DNA of 64,000 nucleotides from the NCBI GenBank assembly GCA_040390345.1, contig JAZJYP010000075.1, forward strand, positions 1,121-65,120. Direction: 5' to 3'. The stretch comes from Pseudomonadota bacterium (GTDB lineage Bacteria > Pseudomonadota > Gammaproteobacteria > Burkholderiales > Burkholderiaceae_D). A model generated the notes under the pieces. It saw only the letters and a program-made list of their open reading frames with translations, searched no databases and was not told the DNA's origin. Below are positions 1 to 9,729 of the stretch, piece after piece (within the stretch, counting starts at the first letter, position 1; each line of letters begins with the position of its first letter). The position numbers and the translations under genes are program-made.

Positions 1-90
1 TTGTGTCATATTGGAATTGTGTATCCCATTAGCAAAATGAGCAGAAAATTCATGCTGCGCCCATCGCCGAACAAAGTAAACTGACGCACC

Positions 91-1011
91 ATGAAACAAA
101 TGACCAGCACCGAATGGATAGCCCAGTTCCTCGCCAGCGAGCCGCCGCGCTCGAAGTCGCTGGTGATGACGATCTTTGGCGACGCGATCGCCCCGCATGG
201 CGGCAAGGTCTGGCTGGGCAGCCTGATCGAGCTGCTCGCGCCCTTCGGCGTCAATGACCGCCTGCTGCGCACCTCGGTGTTCCGCCTGGTGCAGGAAGGC
301 TGGCTGGTGGCCCACCGCGACGGGCGCCGCAGCCTGTACGCGATCCGCCCCGACGCGCTGGCCCGCTTCGAGCGCGCCAACCGCCGCATCTACGCCCAGC
401 CCGACACCCAGTGGGACGGCAGCTGGACCCTCTTGATCGGCTCGAACCGGATGGACGCGCCCGAGCGCGCAGCCCTGCGCAAGGAACTCGAATGGGAAGG
501 CTATGCGCTGATCGTGCCCGGCGTGCTGGCCCATCCGGCCGCCAACAGCGCCCTGCTCGAAGAGATCATCGCGCGCACGGGCGTGGCCGGCAAGCTCTTC
601 GCCGTTGTCGCACGCGGGCTCGATGGCGTCTCTGCGCGCCCGCTGGCCGAACTGGTGCACGACTGCTGGGACCTGTCGGCCATCAGCGCCGCCTACCAGC
701 ATTTCATCGACACCTTCGCCCCGCTCGAGGCGCTGCTGCAGCAGGAGAACTTGCTCCCGCAGGCCGCCTTCGTCATCCGCAGCTTGCTGATCCACGCCTA
801 CCGCCGCGTCGAACTGCACGACCCGATGCTGCCGCTCGAGCTGCTGCCCGATCCCTGGCCCGGCACGCGCGCCTACGCGCTGGCGCGCGACCTGTATCGA
901 CTCGTCCAGGCGCAGGCGGAATTCCATATCGTCGACGTGATGCGGCGCGGCGACGCGCACGCGCCGCTGTCCGACGCGGCCTTCACGCGGCGCTTCGGCG
1001 GCCTGGCCTAA
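91..1011 (+). CDS. paaX: PaaX-family transcriptional repressor
   Basis: 306-aa ORF. The N-terminus (SLVMTIFGDAIAPHGGKVWLGSLIELLAPFGVNDRLLRTSVFRLVQEGWL) is typical of the PaaX winged-helix family. No paa catabolic genes are adjacent. Confidence 0.75.
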   Translation: MKQMTSTEWIAQFLASEPPRSKSLVMTIFGDAIAPHGGKVWLGSLIELLAPFGVNDRLLRTSVFRLVQEGWLVAHRDGRRSLYAIRPDALARFERANRRIYAQPDTQWDGSWTLLIGSNRMDAPERAALRKELEWEGYALIVPGVLAHPAANSALLEEIIARTGVAGKLFAVVARGLDGVSARPLAELVHDCWDLSAISAAYQHFIDTFAPLEALLQQENLLPQAAFVIRSLLIHAYRRVELHDPMLPLELLPDPWPGTRAYALARDLYRLVQAQAEFHIVDVMRRGDAHAPLSDAAFTRRFGGLA

Positions 1012-1118
1012 TTGCCTGGCGCGCGCTGCCGGCATTTGATGTGGCGCAGGGGTGCGCCTGGAACAACGCTGTGGTAATCTTTCCGCCGGTCACAATTCCA
1101 ATTCCAATAAAGGCTGTC

Positions 1119-2417
1119 ATGACACGCTCCCTCCTCTTGACGCTGGCCCTGACCCTGGCCGCATCCACCGCCCATGCCGAGCTCACCCTGGTCCAGGCCG
1201 GCCACCTGCTCGACCGGCCCGGCCAGGCCGCGCGCGGCGCCTCCACCGTGGTGGTCGAAAACGGCAAGGTGAAGGCCGTCCTGGACGGCTTCGCCGGCAC
1301 CGACACCTATCCCGGCGCGGCCATTATCGACCTGCGCGCACGCTACGTCCTGCCCGGCCTGATCGACAGCCACGTGCACCTGACCTCCGACCGCGCCGGC
1401 AACGACGGCGCCCTGGCCGGCGTGACGGCATCGACCGCCGACTGGGCCTACGAGGCCGAAATGAACGCCCACAAGACGCTCGCCGCCGGCTTTACCACCG
1501 TGCGCAACCTGGGCGACGGCGACAATGGCGTCACGCTGGCGCTGCGCGACGCCATTGCCAAGGGCTGGGTGCAAGGTCCGCGCATCATCGACGCCGGCAC
1601 GCCGATCTCCACCACCTCCGGCCACATGGACGGACGCCTCGGTTACGCCGACTGGGTCCAGCACGGCATCAACACCAGCAATGTATGCGACAGCGTCGAG
1701 AGCTGCCGGCGCGCCGTGCGCCTGCAGATCGGGCGCGGCGTGGACGTGATCAAGATCGCCACCACGGGCGGCGTCAACAGCATCGTCGGCGCCGGCGTGA
1801 AAAAGCAGATGTTCGACGACGAAGCGCGCGCCCTGGTCGAGACGGCCCACCTGTATGGCAAGAAGGTCGCCGTGCACGCCCACGGCGACGACGGCATCAA
1901 CCTGGCCCTGGCCATGGGCGCCGATTCGATCGAGCACGGCACCATGTTGGACGATGCGGGCGTCAAGCTGTTCCTCAAATCCGGCGCCTACTATGTGCCG
2001 ACCCTGTCGACCATCAACGGCTACCTCGAACGCATCGCCAAGGACCCGGACGCCTACTCGCCGGCCGTGCGCGCCAAGATCGACTGGCGCCTGGGCGTGA
2101 CGGGCAAGTCCCTGCAGCTGGCAACGAAGCATGGCGTGAAAATCGCCTTCGGCACCGACGCCGGCGTGTCCAAGCACGGGCGCAATTCCGACGAATTCGA
2201 ACTGATGGTCAAATTCGGCATGACACCGGCCGAAGCGATCAAGGCCGCCACCGTCAACGCCGCCGATTTGCTCGGCGTCTCCAGCGTGGCCGGCTCGCTC
2301 GAAGCGGGCAAGGGCGCCGACCTGATCGCCGTCGACGGCGACCCGCTGGCCGACGTCAAAGTCCTCAAGAACGTCAAGTTCGTCATGAAGGGCGGGGCCG
2401 TGTTCAAGCGCGACTAG
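1119..2417 (+). CDS. secreted metal-dependent amidohydrolase (COG1228-like)
   Basis: In-frame ATG at 1119 gives a signal peptide (MTRSLLLTLALTLAASTAHA). It has the HVH metal motif (LIDSHVHL) and an amidohydrolase-type C-terminus (GTDAG...GKGADLIAVDGDPL). Confidence 0.8.
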   Translation: MTRSLLLTLALTLAASTAHAELTLVQAGHLLDRPGQAARGASTVVVENGKVKAVLDGFAGTDTYPGAAIIDLRARYVLPGLIDSHVHLTSDRAGNDGALAGVTASTADWAYEAEMNAHKTLAAGFTTVRNLGDGDNGVTLALRDAIAKGWVQGPRIIDAGTPISTTSGHMDGRLGYADWVQHGINTSNVCDSVESCRRAVRLQIGRGVDVIKIATTGGVNSIVGAGVKKQMFDDEARALVETAHLYGKKVAVHAHGDDGINLALAMGADSIEHGTMLDDAGVKLFLKSGAYYVPTLSTINGYLERIAKDPDAYSPAVRAKIDWRLGVTGKSLQLATKHGVKIAFGTDAGVSKHGRNSDEFELMVKFGMTPAEAIKAATVNAADLLGVSSVAGSLEAGKGADLIAVDGDPLADVKVLKNVKFVMKGGAVFKRD

Positions 2418-2472
2418 GGCCGATGGGCGTAAAATGTCGGCCTTCAGCACTTTTTCTCCGACAGGACATACC

Positions 2473-3600
2473 ATGCCCATCAAGATCAGCAGCCAGTTCG
2501 ACGCTGGCGCCATCGATGTCGTTGCCGCCACAAGCGCCGGCGCCATCGACCTGAACATCCGCAAGGACTCGCACGCCGACATCGTTCAGTGGTTCTACTT
2601 CCGCCTGCAGGGCGCCCAGGGCGAAGCGTGCACGATCCGCTTCCTCAACGCCGGCAAGGCCGCCTACCCGGCCGGCTGGGAAGACTACCAGGCCATGGCC
2701 AGCTACGACCGCATCAACTGGTTCCGCGTGCCCACCAGCTTTGATGGCCAGGTCATGACGATCAGCCACACGCCGGGCATGGACAGCGTCTACTACGCCT
2801 ACTTCGAACCGTATTCGTGGGAACGCCACCTCGAGCTGCTCGACCGCGCCCAGATGTCCGAACACGTGCGCATGCTCGACCTGGGTTCCACCGTGCAGGG
2901 CCGCGACATGAATGTGCTCGTCATCGGCGACCCGCAGGCGCAGAAAAAGGTGTGGGTCATCGCGCGCCAGCACCCGGGCGAAACGATGGCCGAATGGTTC
3001 GTCGAAGGCATGCTCGACGCCCTGCTCGACCCGGCCCACCCCTTCGGCCGCCAGCTGCTCAAGCAAGCCGTGTTCTACGTGGTGCCGAACATGAACCCGG
3101 ACGGCTCCGTCAATGGCAACTTGCGCACCAACGCCGCCGGCGCCAACCTGAACCGCGAATGGAATACGCCGACCATGGCGCGCAGCCCCGAAGTCTTCCT
3201 GGTCAAGGCCAAGATGAAGGAGACGGGCTGCGACCTGTTCCTCGACGTGCACGGCGACGAAGGCCTGCCCTACGTGTTTACGGCCGGCAGCGCCGCGCTG
3301 CCGACTTTCACGCCCGCGCAAGCGGCGCAGGAAAAGAAGTTCGCCGAGGACTTCAAGATCGCCAGCCCGGACTTCCAGGACGTGCACGGCTATCCCGATG
3401 CGCCCTACACCGACGAAGTGCTGACCATGGGGTCGCCCCATATCACCCACGCCTTCGGCTGCCTGTCGCTGACGCTGGAACTGCCCTTCAAGGACAACGC
3501 CAACTGCCCGGACGAACACACCGGCTGGGATGGCGCGCGCAGCGCCCGCCTTGGCGCGGCAGTCTTGCAGCCCATCCTGCAGTCCCTGCGCGCCGCTTAA
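2473..3600 (+). CDS. M14-family zinc carboxypeptidase-like protein
   Basis: ATG at 2473 is preceded by AGGA. The N-terminal domain (ISSQFDAGAIDV) and QHPGETMAEWF...NPDG match the HxxE zinc site of M14/cytosolic carboxypeptidase-like enzymes. Confidence 0.7.
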   Translation: MPIKISSQFDAGAIDVVAATSAGAIDLNIRKDSHADIVQWFYFRLQGAQGEACTIRFLNAGKAAYPAGWEDYQAMASYDRINWFRVPTSFDGQVMTISHTPGMDSVYYAYFEPYSWERHLELLDRAQMSEHVRMLDLGSTVQGRDMNVLVIGDPQAQKKVWVIARQHPGETMAEWFVEGMLDALLDPAHPFGRQLLKQAVFYVVPNMNPDGSVNGNLRTNAAGANLNREWNTPTMARSPEVFLVKAKMKETGCDLFLDVHGDEGLPYVFTAGSAALPTFTPAQAAQEKKFAEDFKIASPDFQDVHGYPDAPYTDEVLTMGSPHITHAFGCLSLTLELPFKDNANCPDEHTGWDGARSARLGAAVLQPILQSLRAA

Positions 3601-4022
3601 GGCTTCACTGGCAGTGCCTCGACGCTGGCGGTGCCCGCCGCCGCGTCGGCGCGATAGCGCTGCAGCAGCCATTGGTATTGCGGCGTCGCGCGCGCCGGAT
3701 CGAGGTTGTGGTTGGCCGCGAAGGCATTGAAGTCGCGCACGCCGTTGTGCATCGCCTGTTCCAGCGACACCAGCGCGCCGTCGGTATCGGCCAACATGCA
3801 CTGGGCCTGCGCGCGCAGGTACCAGGCCTGGCCATTCTTCGGCTCGCGCAGCACCACCTGCCCGGCCAGCTCCTTGACCCTGGCGTAGTCATTGTCCTGC
3901 AGCGCCACGCGCGCCGCCTCCAGCTGCTCGGCCGCCGTCTGGGGGGCGCGCTGGCCCAGCAAGAGAAAACAGGCCAGTGCCACGCAAGCGGCCAGCACAC
4001 CGAGTGCCACCAATTTTTTCAT
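3597..4022 (-). CDS. small secreted/anchored TPR-like protein
   Basis: Starts MKKLVALGVLAACVALACFLLLG, a hydrophobic N-terminus, followed by helical repeat-like sequence. Its 3' end overlaps the convergent peptidase gene by 4 nt. Confidence 0.5.
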   Translation of the reverse strand: MKKLVALGVLAACVALACFLLLGQRAPQTAAEQLEAARVALQDNDYARVKELAGQVVLREPKNGQAWYLRAQAQCMLADTDGALVSLEQAMHNGVRDFNAFAANHNLDPARATPQYQWLLQRYRADAAAGTASVEALPVKP

Positions 4023-4101
4023 TCCATCCCCGAGCAATCTTATCGATCTATAAATTATAGCGATGAATTGATTAAATTACGCACAGGAAACAAGAAATAA
4101 T

Positions 4102-4647
4102 TTAACGCTGCGGTTCTGGCAGAAAATACAGCACCGTCTTGACGCCATACAGCAGCAGCAGGGTACCGGACAGGTCGCCGACAAACATGACGACAAAGCT
4201 GCGCGCCAGGTCCACATGGTCACCGCGCAGCACGAACCAGGCGTGATGCAGCAAGGGATTGGCGAGCGAAAAGATCAGTGCGCAGGCAAGCAACTGCGTG
4301 GCCGACAAGTTGGCGAGCGAGCTGCGCAAGCCAAACGCCATCTGGGCCACCTGGTAGCAGGCGTAGGGGACGAGCGAGGTGAGGATGGCCCCGCCCAGCG
4401 AGCGCTCCAGGTCGCCGGGGAAATTGCCGTAGAAACTAACCAGGAATGAGGCGCACAGCAGGCCAATCGCGCCGGCGCCGCCAAACAGCAGGGTGCACAG
4501 CAGGCGCAGGCCGGCCGGCAGGTAGACCCAGTGGATGCCGGGCACGAAGGTGGAATTGGCGAACAGCCACTCGTTCAGCGCCAGCATGAGCAGGTAGGCC
4601 ACCACGGTCGCCGCCGCCATGGCCATCGAAATTCGTAATTGCTGCAT
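4102..4647 (-). CDS. polytopic membrane protein, function unknown
   Basis: ATG at 4647. There are several hydrophobic segments throughout. I recognise no family. Confidence 0.45.
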   Translation of the reverse strand: MQQLRISMAMAAATVVAYLLMLALNEWLFANSTFVPGIHWVYLPAGLRLLCTLLFGGAGAIGLLCASFLVSFYGNFPGDLERSLGGAILTSLVPYACYQVAQMAFGLRSSLANLSATQLLACALIFSLANPLLHHAWFVLRGDHVDLARSFVVMFVGDLSGTLLLLYGVKTVLYFLPEPQR

Positions 4648-4717
4648 GGTCCGATCCCACTTTCTTGGTTTAGAATGCGAGCAGAAGGACACCCCTTCTC
4701 CATTCGACGGGAGTTAC

Positions 4718-5074
4718 ATGACCAAGACCGCAACGCGGCCAGCCGACATTTACCTGCGCTTCGTGCGACTTGCCGAAGCGCTGCGCGGATTGCCCTCCTT
4801 GCCGGTTCTCGATCCGCTCGAAGACCGCATTTTGACATTCATCGCCCTCAACGGGCAAGAAAATGAGCGACTTTCGGTACGCGACATGATGGCGCGCGAC
4901 GAATTCGGTTCGCCGGCGACCGTGCACAGCCGCCTCAAATCGATGCGCGAAAAGGGCTGGATCATGCTCACTGACACGGAAGACGCGCGCCGCAAGCAAA
5001 TCACGCTGACCCAGGCTGCCCTGCTGTATTTTGACAAACTATCACAATGCATGCTGCGCGCCGTCAAAGGCTAG
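4718..5074 (+). CDS. winged-helix (MarR-like) DNA-binding protein
   Basis: 118 aa counted from the ATG at 4718. The segment LSVRDMMARDEFGSPATVHSRLKSMREKGWI looks like an HTH/wing. It is divergent from the membrane protein gene. Confidence 0.5.
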   Translation: MTKTATRPADIYLRFVRLAEALRGLPSLPVLDPLEDRILTFIALNGQENERLSVRDMMARDEFGSPATVHSRLKSMREKGWIMLTDTEDARRKQITLTQAALLYFDKLSQCMLRAVKG

Positions 5075-5168
5075 ACTTTGCTGCCTTGCAGCATATTTTT
5101 GATGCAGGTCAATGAAATAACTGCGCCAGATCAATAAGCTTCTTTCGTACCAACAACGAAGGAAGACC

Positions 5169-5777
5169 ATGAAACGCAGCACCCTGGCCACCGCGGCCAC
5201 CCTCCTCGCCCTGTTCAGCCACCAGGCCCTCGCCGACGACAACTGGCTCGTGCGCGTGCGCGCCGTCAAGCTGTCGCCCGCCGACAAGTCCGACCCCGTC
5301 GGCGGCAGCGGCGCCGCCGACCGCCTGCACGTGTCGAGCAAGACCATTCCCGACATCGACATTTCCTACTTCTGCACGCCGAACGTGGCCGTGGAACTGC
5401 TGCTGACGGTACCGCAAAAGCACACCGTCACCCTGGACGGCACCGGCATCGGCACCTTCAAGCACCTGCCGCCGACCCTGCTGGCCCAGTATCATTTCGC
5501 CCCGGCCTCCCAGCTGAGCCCGTATGTCGGCGCCGGCATCAACTACACACTGATCCACGGTGTCGACCTGCTCGGCGGCAAAGGCGGCCTCGAGCACAGC
5601 AGCGTCGGCCTGGCCCTGCAAGCGGGTCTCGACTACAAGCTCGACAAGAAATGGTCGATCAACATCGACGTCAAGAAGATCCAGATCCGCAGCGACGTCA
5701 CTGCCAGCGGCGCCAAGATCAGCGCCGTCAAGGTCGATCCCCTGCTGGTCGGCGTCGGCGTCGGCTACCGCTTCTAA
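5169..5777 (+). CDS. ompW: OmpW-family outer membrane protein
   Basis: It has a signal peptide, the characteristic start DDNWLVRVRAVKLSPADKSD, and a C-terminal aromatic residue (GVGYRF). Confidence 0.85.
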   Translation: MKRSTLATAATLLALFSHQALADDNWLVRVRAVKLSPADKSDPVGGSGAADRLHVSSKTIPDIDISYFCTPNVAVELLLTVPQKHTVTLDGTGIGTFKHLPPTLLAQYHFAPASQLSPYVGAGINYTLIHGVDLLGGKGGLEHSSVGLALQAGLDYKLDKKWSINIDVKKIQIRSDVTASGAKISAVKVDPLLVGVGVGYRF

Positions 5778-5812
5778 GCACGATTGCGCGCAGGCCCCCA
5801 TGTTGACATTGC

Positions 5813-5886
5813 CGTAGGGTGGGCACATGTGCCCACGCGCGCACCGATGTTGAATGCACGCGTGGGCACGCGTGCCCACCCTACGG
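5813..5886. repeat. REP-like composite palindrome (GTAGGGTGGGCAC family)
   Basis: Sequence is CGTAGGGTGGGCACATGTGCCCACGCG ... CGCGTGGGCACGCGTGCCCACCCTACG. Each arm is itself a palindrome. Related copies occur at 32400 and 13689. Confidence 0.8.
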
Positions 5887-5936
5887 CCGCTTTTGGCCGA
5901 TTGGGGAAAAGCCTGGCGCACTAATGGGCAGCGTCT

Positions 5937-7022
5937 TTATTTGCGGGCGGCGCCGATCAGGTAGTTCTGCATCGGCGCTTCGGCCACCGAGGCCCAGGTG
6001 TTCTGGTCCTGGCGGTAGCGCTTCCAGGGCTCATACACCTTCTTGAACTTGGCGTTCTTGGCCGCTTCTTCTTCCATCACTTCATGCGCGGCCTTGTAGC
6101 AGGCGTCCATGATCTCCTTGGAGAAGCTGCGCAGCTTGGTCCCGCCCTTGAGCAGGCGCGCCAGTGCAATCGGATTCTTGTGGTCGTATTCGGCCTGCAT
6201 CACCACGTGGGCTTCGTAGGCGGCCGCCTCGACGGCGTTCTGGTATTCCTTGGGCAGCTTTTCCCATTCCTTGATGTTGATGTAGAGCGAGAGCTGCGGC
6301 CCCGCTTCCCACCAGCCCGGCGCATAGTAGAACGGCGCGACCTTGTGAAAGCCCAGCTTTTCGTCGTCGTACGGACCCACCCATTCGGCGGCGTCGATCG
6401 TACCCTTTTCCAGCGCGGGATAGATGTCGGCGCCGGCCAGTTGCTGCGGCACCAGGCCCAGGCGGTCCATCACACGCCCGGCGAAGCCGCCGATGCGCAT
6501 CTTGACGCCCTTCAGGTCGGCCACGGTGTGGATCTCGCGGCGGAACCAGCCGCCCATCTGGGTACCGGTGTTACCGGCGGCGAAGTTGATGATGCCGTAA
6601 CCCTTGAAGAACTCACGCATCAGCTCGCGCCCGCCGCCCTGGTCGAACCAGGCCGTCTGCTGGCGCGAGGTCAGGCCAAAGGGCACGGCGCAATCGAAGG
6701 CGAAGGTGGGGTCCTTGCCGAAGTAGTAGTAGGACGCGCTGTGGCCGCATTCGACCGTGCCTTCCTTGACCGCATCGAGCACCTGCAGGCCCGGCACGAT
6801 TTCGCCACCGGCGAACACGCGGATGTTGAACTTGCCGCCCGTCAGGCCCGCCACGCGCTTGCTGAACAGTTCAGCCACGCCGTAAATGGTGTCGAGCGAC
6901 TTGGGGAAGCTGCTGGCCAGGCGCCAGTTGATCGTCGGCAGCGACTGGGCCAGCGCCGGGGCGGCGACCGCGCCTGCCGATGCGCCGACCGCCGCTTTTT
7001 TAAGGAAGGAACGCCGTTCCAT
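5937..7022 (-). CDS. TRAP transporter substrate-binding protein (DctP family), Tat signal
   Basis: The N-terminus MERRSFLKKAAVGASAGAVAAPALA is a twin-arginine signal. The body is DctP-like. No dctQ/dctM genes are adjacent. Confidence 0.8.
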   Translation of the reverse strand: MERRSFLKKAAVGASAGAVAAPALAQSLPTINWRLASSFPKSLDTIYGVAELFSKRVAGLTGGKFNIRVFAGGEIVPGLQVLDAVKEGTVECGHSASYYYFGKDPTFAFDCAVPFGLTSRQQTAWFDQGGGRELMREFFKGYGIINFAAGNTGTQMGGWFRREIHTVADLKGVKMRIGGFAGRVMDRLGLVPQQLAGADIYPALEKGTIDAAEWVGPYDDEKLGFHKVAPFYYAPGWWEAGPQLSLYINIKEWEKLPKEYQNAVEAAAYEAHVVMQAEYDHKNPIALARLLKGGTKLRSFSKEIMDACYKAAHEVMEEEAAKNAKFKKVYEPWKRYRQDQNTWASVAEAPMQNYLIGAARK

Positions 7023-7101
7023 AGAGTGTCTCCTGAAGGTTGGGTCTGCGGGATCACAGCGCGCTAAGTGTATTTCCGCAACGGCAAGCTTGCAAGGACA
7101 A

Positions 7102-8454
7102 TCAGCTACCGGCCACCACCATTTTTTCGATCAGGATCGAGCCGGTCTGCTTGTTGCCGCGCGTGAGCACGTCGGCGCCAACACCAACGATTTGCTGGAA
7201 GATGTCCTTCATATTCCCGGCAATCGTGATTTCCTCGACCGGATACTGGATCACGCCGTTCTCGACCCAGTAGCCGGAGGCGCCGCGCGAATAGTCGCCC
7301 GTCACGTAGTTGGTGCCCTGGCCCATCAGTTCGGTGACCAGCAGGCCGCGGTCCATCTTGCGCAGCATGGCGGCAAAGTCGTCGCCCTTCTTCGTCTTGC
7401 TCGACGTCAGCGACAGGTTGTGCGAGCCGCCGGCATTGCCGGTCGTCTTCATGCCCAGCTTGCGCGCCGAGTAGGACGAGAGGAAGTAGCCCTGCAGCAC
7501 GCCATTCTTGACGACCTCGCGGCGCACCGTGCGCACGCCTTCTTCGTCAAACGGCGCCGAGCCGACACCACCGACCACGTGCGGATCTTCCAGCACCTGG
7601 ATGTGGGACGGGAAGATGGACTTGCCGAGCGAGTCGAGCAGGAAGGTCGACTTGCGGTACAGCGCGCCGCCCGAGGTGGCCTGCACAAAAGCGCCGAGCA
7701 GGCCGGCCGCCAAGGGCGCCTCGAACAGCACCGGGCAGGTGCGCGTATCGAGCTTGCGCGCGTTCAGGCGTGCCAGCGCGCGCTCGGCGGCGTAGCGGCC
7801 TACCGCTTCGGGATTGGACATGTTCTTCGGGTCGCGCACGCTGGTGTACCAGTCGTCGCGCTGCATTTTGGCGCCCTTGCCGGCGATCGGCGCCACCGAC
7901 AGGGTATGCCGCGAGAAGGGATAGCCACCGACGAAGCCGCGCGAATTGGCCGCCACGAAGTGCGACTGCTGCACATGCACGCTGGCGCCTTCGCTGTTGG
8001 TAATGCGCGGGTCGACGTCGAAGGCGGCGCTTTCGGCGCGCTGGGCCAGGGCCACGGCCTGCTCGGTCGAGATCATCCAGGGATAGCACAGCTTCAGGTC
8101 GCGCGGGTTCATTTCCAGCATGTCGGCGTCGGCCAGGCCGGCGCAGTCGTCTTCGGCCGTGAAGCGGGCGATGTTGTAGGCCGCGTCAACGGTGGCGCGC
8201 AGGGCGGCCGGCGAAAAGTCGGAGGTCGAGGCATTGCCGCGCTTCTGGCCGATATAGACCGTCACGCCCATGCCCTTGTCCTTGTTTTGCTCGATCGTCT
8301 CGATCTTGCCGCGCCGGACCGACACCGACAGCCCGCTGCCTTCGCTGATTTCGACGGCGGCATCGGTGCCGCCCGCCTCGCGCGCATAGGCCAAAACATC
8401 GCGCGTGAGGGCCTTCAGCTGGTCCTGGGTGTGGATAAAGACGGTGTCGTTCAT
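7102..8454 (-). CDS. pmbA: metalloprotease PmbA (TldE)
   Basis: 450 aa with a typical PmbA/TldD-family sequence over its full length. It shows the conserved divergent pairing with yjgA. Confidence 0.9.
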   Translation of the reverse strand: MNDTVFIHTQDQLKALTRDVLAYAREAGGTDAAVEISEGSGLSVSVRRGKIETIEQNKDKGMGVTVYIGQKRGNASTSDFSPAALRATVDAAYNIARFTAEDDCAGLADADMLEMNPRDLKLCYPWMISTEQAVALAQRAESAAFDVDPRITNSEGASVHVQQSHFVAANSRGFVGGYPFSRHTLSVAPIAGKGAKMQRDDWYTSVRDPKNMSNPEAVGRYAAERALARLNARKLDTRTCPVLFEAPLAAGLLGAFVQATSGGALYRKSTFLLDSLGKSIFPSHIQVLEDPHVVGGVGSAPFDEEGVRTVRREVVKNGVLQGYFLSSYSARKLGMKTTGNAGGSHNLSLTSSKTKKGDDFAAMLRKMDRGLLVTELMGQGTNYVTGDYSRGASGYWVENGVIQYPVEEITIAGNMKDIFQQIVGVGADVLTRGNKQTGSILIEKMVVAGS

Positions 8455-8550
8455 GGGGTGCTTTTCTTCGGCTGTCCGTTAAAACAGGTATGATAGCAGT
8501 CGTTTACCGTTTTCACCGCCCGGCTGTGCGCCCGGTGGCCCCCTCCTATC

Positions 8551-9156
8551 ATGCCAAATCCAAATCGCGGTGCCTGCGGGTTCCAGTCCTCCGAGTTCGA
8601 GCAGGAATACGAACGCCCCTCCAAATCTGAGCTCAAGCGCCAGATGAACGAGCTGCAAAAACTGGGCGAAGAACTGGTCGCCCAGCCACGCGACCGCGTC
8701 AAGCGCGTGCCCATGCCCGAAGACGTGCGCGAAGCCATCCTGATGTGCCAGACCATCACCAACCACGAAGGCCGGCGCCGCCAGATGCAATTCGTGGGCA
8801 AGAAGATGCGCACCCTCGACGAAGCGGAAATCGCCGCCATCCAGCGCACCATCGACAGCTGGAAGGGCATGTCCAAGGCCGACACGGCCGCCATGCACGC
8901 GCTCGAGCGCCGCCGCGACAAGCTGCTGGCCGACGACAAGGCCTTGACGGTGCTGCTGGAAGAGAACCCGGAGCTGGACGTGCAGCAGCTGCGCACCCTG
9001 ATCCGCAATGCGCGCAAGGAACAGCTTGAATCCAAGCCGCCGAAAGCCTACCGCGAGATTTTCCAGATCCTCAAGCAGGTCGCTGCCAAGACCGCGCCTG
9101 AGCCACTCGATGGCGAAGACGGACTGCTGGACGACGATGAACCAGAAGACGAATGA
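8551..9156 (+). CDS. yjgA: ribosome-associated protein YjgA (DUF615)
   Basis: The segment SKSELKRQMNELQKLGEELV, the charged helical body and the acidic tail are YjgA-like. It lies divergent from pmbA, as in many proteobacteria. Confidence 0.8.
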   Translation: MPNPNRGACGFQSSEFEQEYERPSKSELKRQMNELQKLGEELVAQPRDRVKRVPMPEDVREAILMCQTITNHEGRRRQMQFVGKKMRTLDEAEIAAIQRTIDSWKGMSKADTAAMHALERRRDKLLADDKALTVLLEENPELDVQQLRTLIRNARKEQLESKPPKAYREIFQILKQVAAKTAPEPLDGEDGLLDDDEPEDE

Positions 9157-9724
9157 CACGGCCCTGATCGGGCTCGTCTCGATCTCCGACCGCGCCAGCG
9201 GCGGCGTCTATGAAGACAAGGGCATCCCGGCCCTGCAGGAGTGGCTCGATGCGGCCATCACCTCGCCCTTTCGCACCATCACCTTGCTGATCCCGGACGA
9301 ACGCGCCGCCATCGAAGCGGCGCTCATCGAACTCGTTGACGTGGAAGGCTGCGACCTGGTCCTGACAACTGGCGGCACCGGCCCTGCGCGGCGCGACGTG
9401 ACGCCGGAAGCGACGCTCGCCATCGGCACTAAGGAAATGCCCGGCTTCGGCGAGCAAATGCGCCAGATCAGCCTGGCCTTCGTGCCGACGGCCATCCTGT
9501 CGCGCCAGGTGGCGGTGATCCGCGAGAGGCCGGGCCACGCCGCGCTGGTATTGAACTTGCCCGGCCAGCCGAGGTCGATCAAGGAAACGCTCGAAGGCCT
9601 GCCCAATGTGCCGGGCATCTTCGCTGCCGTTCCCTACTGCATCGACCTGATCGGCGGCCCGTATATCGAAACCAATCCGGACCTGTGCAAGGCTTTCCGC
9701 CCCAAGTCCGCGATCAAAAAGTGA
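9137..9724 (+). CDS. mog: molybdopterin adenylyltransferase (Mog/MoaB family)
   Basis: ATG at 9137. It contains ISDRASGGVYEDKG ... LVLTTGGTGPARRDVTPEA, the MoCF biosynthesis domain signature. The start overlaps the yjgA 3' end by 20 nt. Confidence 0.8.
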   Translation: MNQKTNDTALIGLVSISDRASGGVYEDKGIPALQEWLDAAITSPFRTITLLIPDERAAIEAALIELVDVEGCDLVLTTGGTGPARRDVTPEATLAIGTKEMPGFGEQMRQISLAFVPTAILSRQVAVIRERPGHAALVLNLPGQPRSIKETLEGLPNVPGIFAAVPYCIDLIGGPYIETNPDLCKAFRPKSAIKK

Positions 9725-9729
9725 GCACC

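Noticed and set aside
1008-2582. A 524-aa minus-strand ORF, plus several other long ORFs, overlapping the amidohydrolase gene.
   Set aside because: The composition is Ala/Arg/Gly/His-rich and low-complexity, typical of antisense or off-frame shadow ORFs in high-G+C DNA. The + strand frame has clear family motifs.
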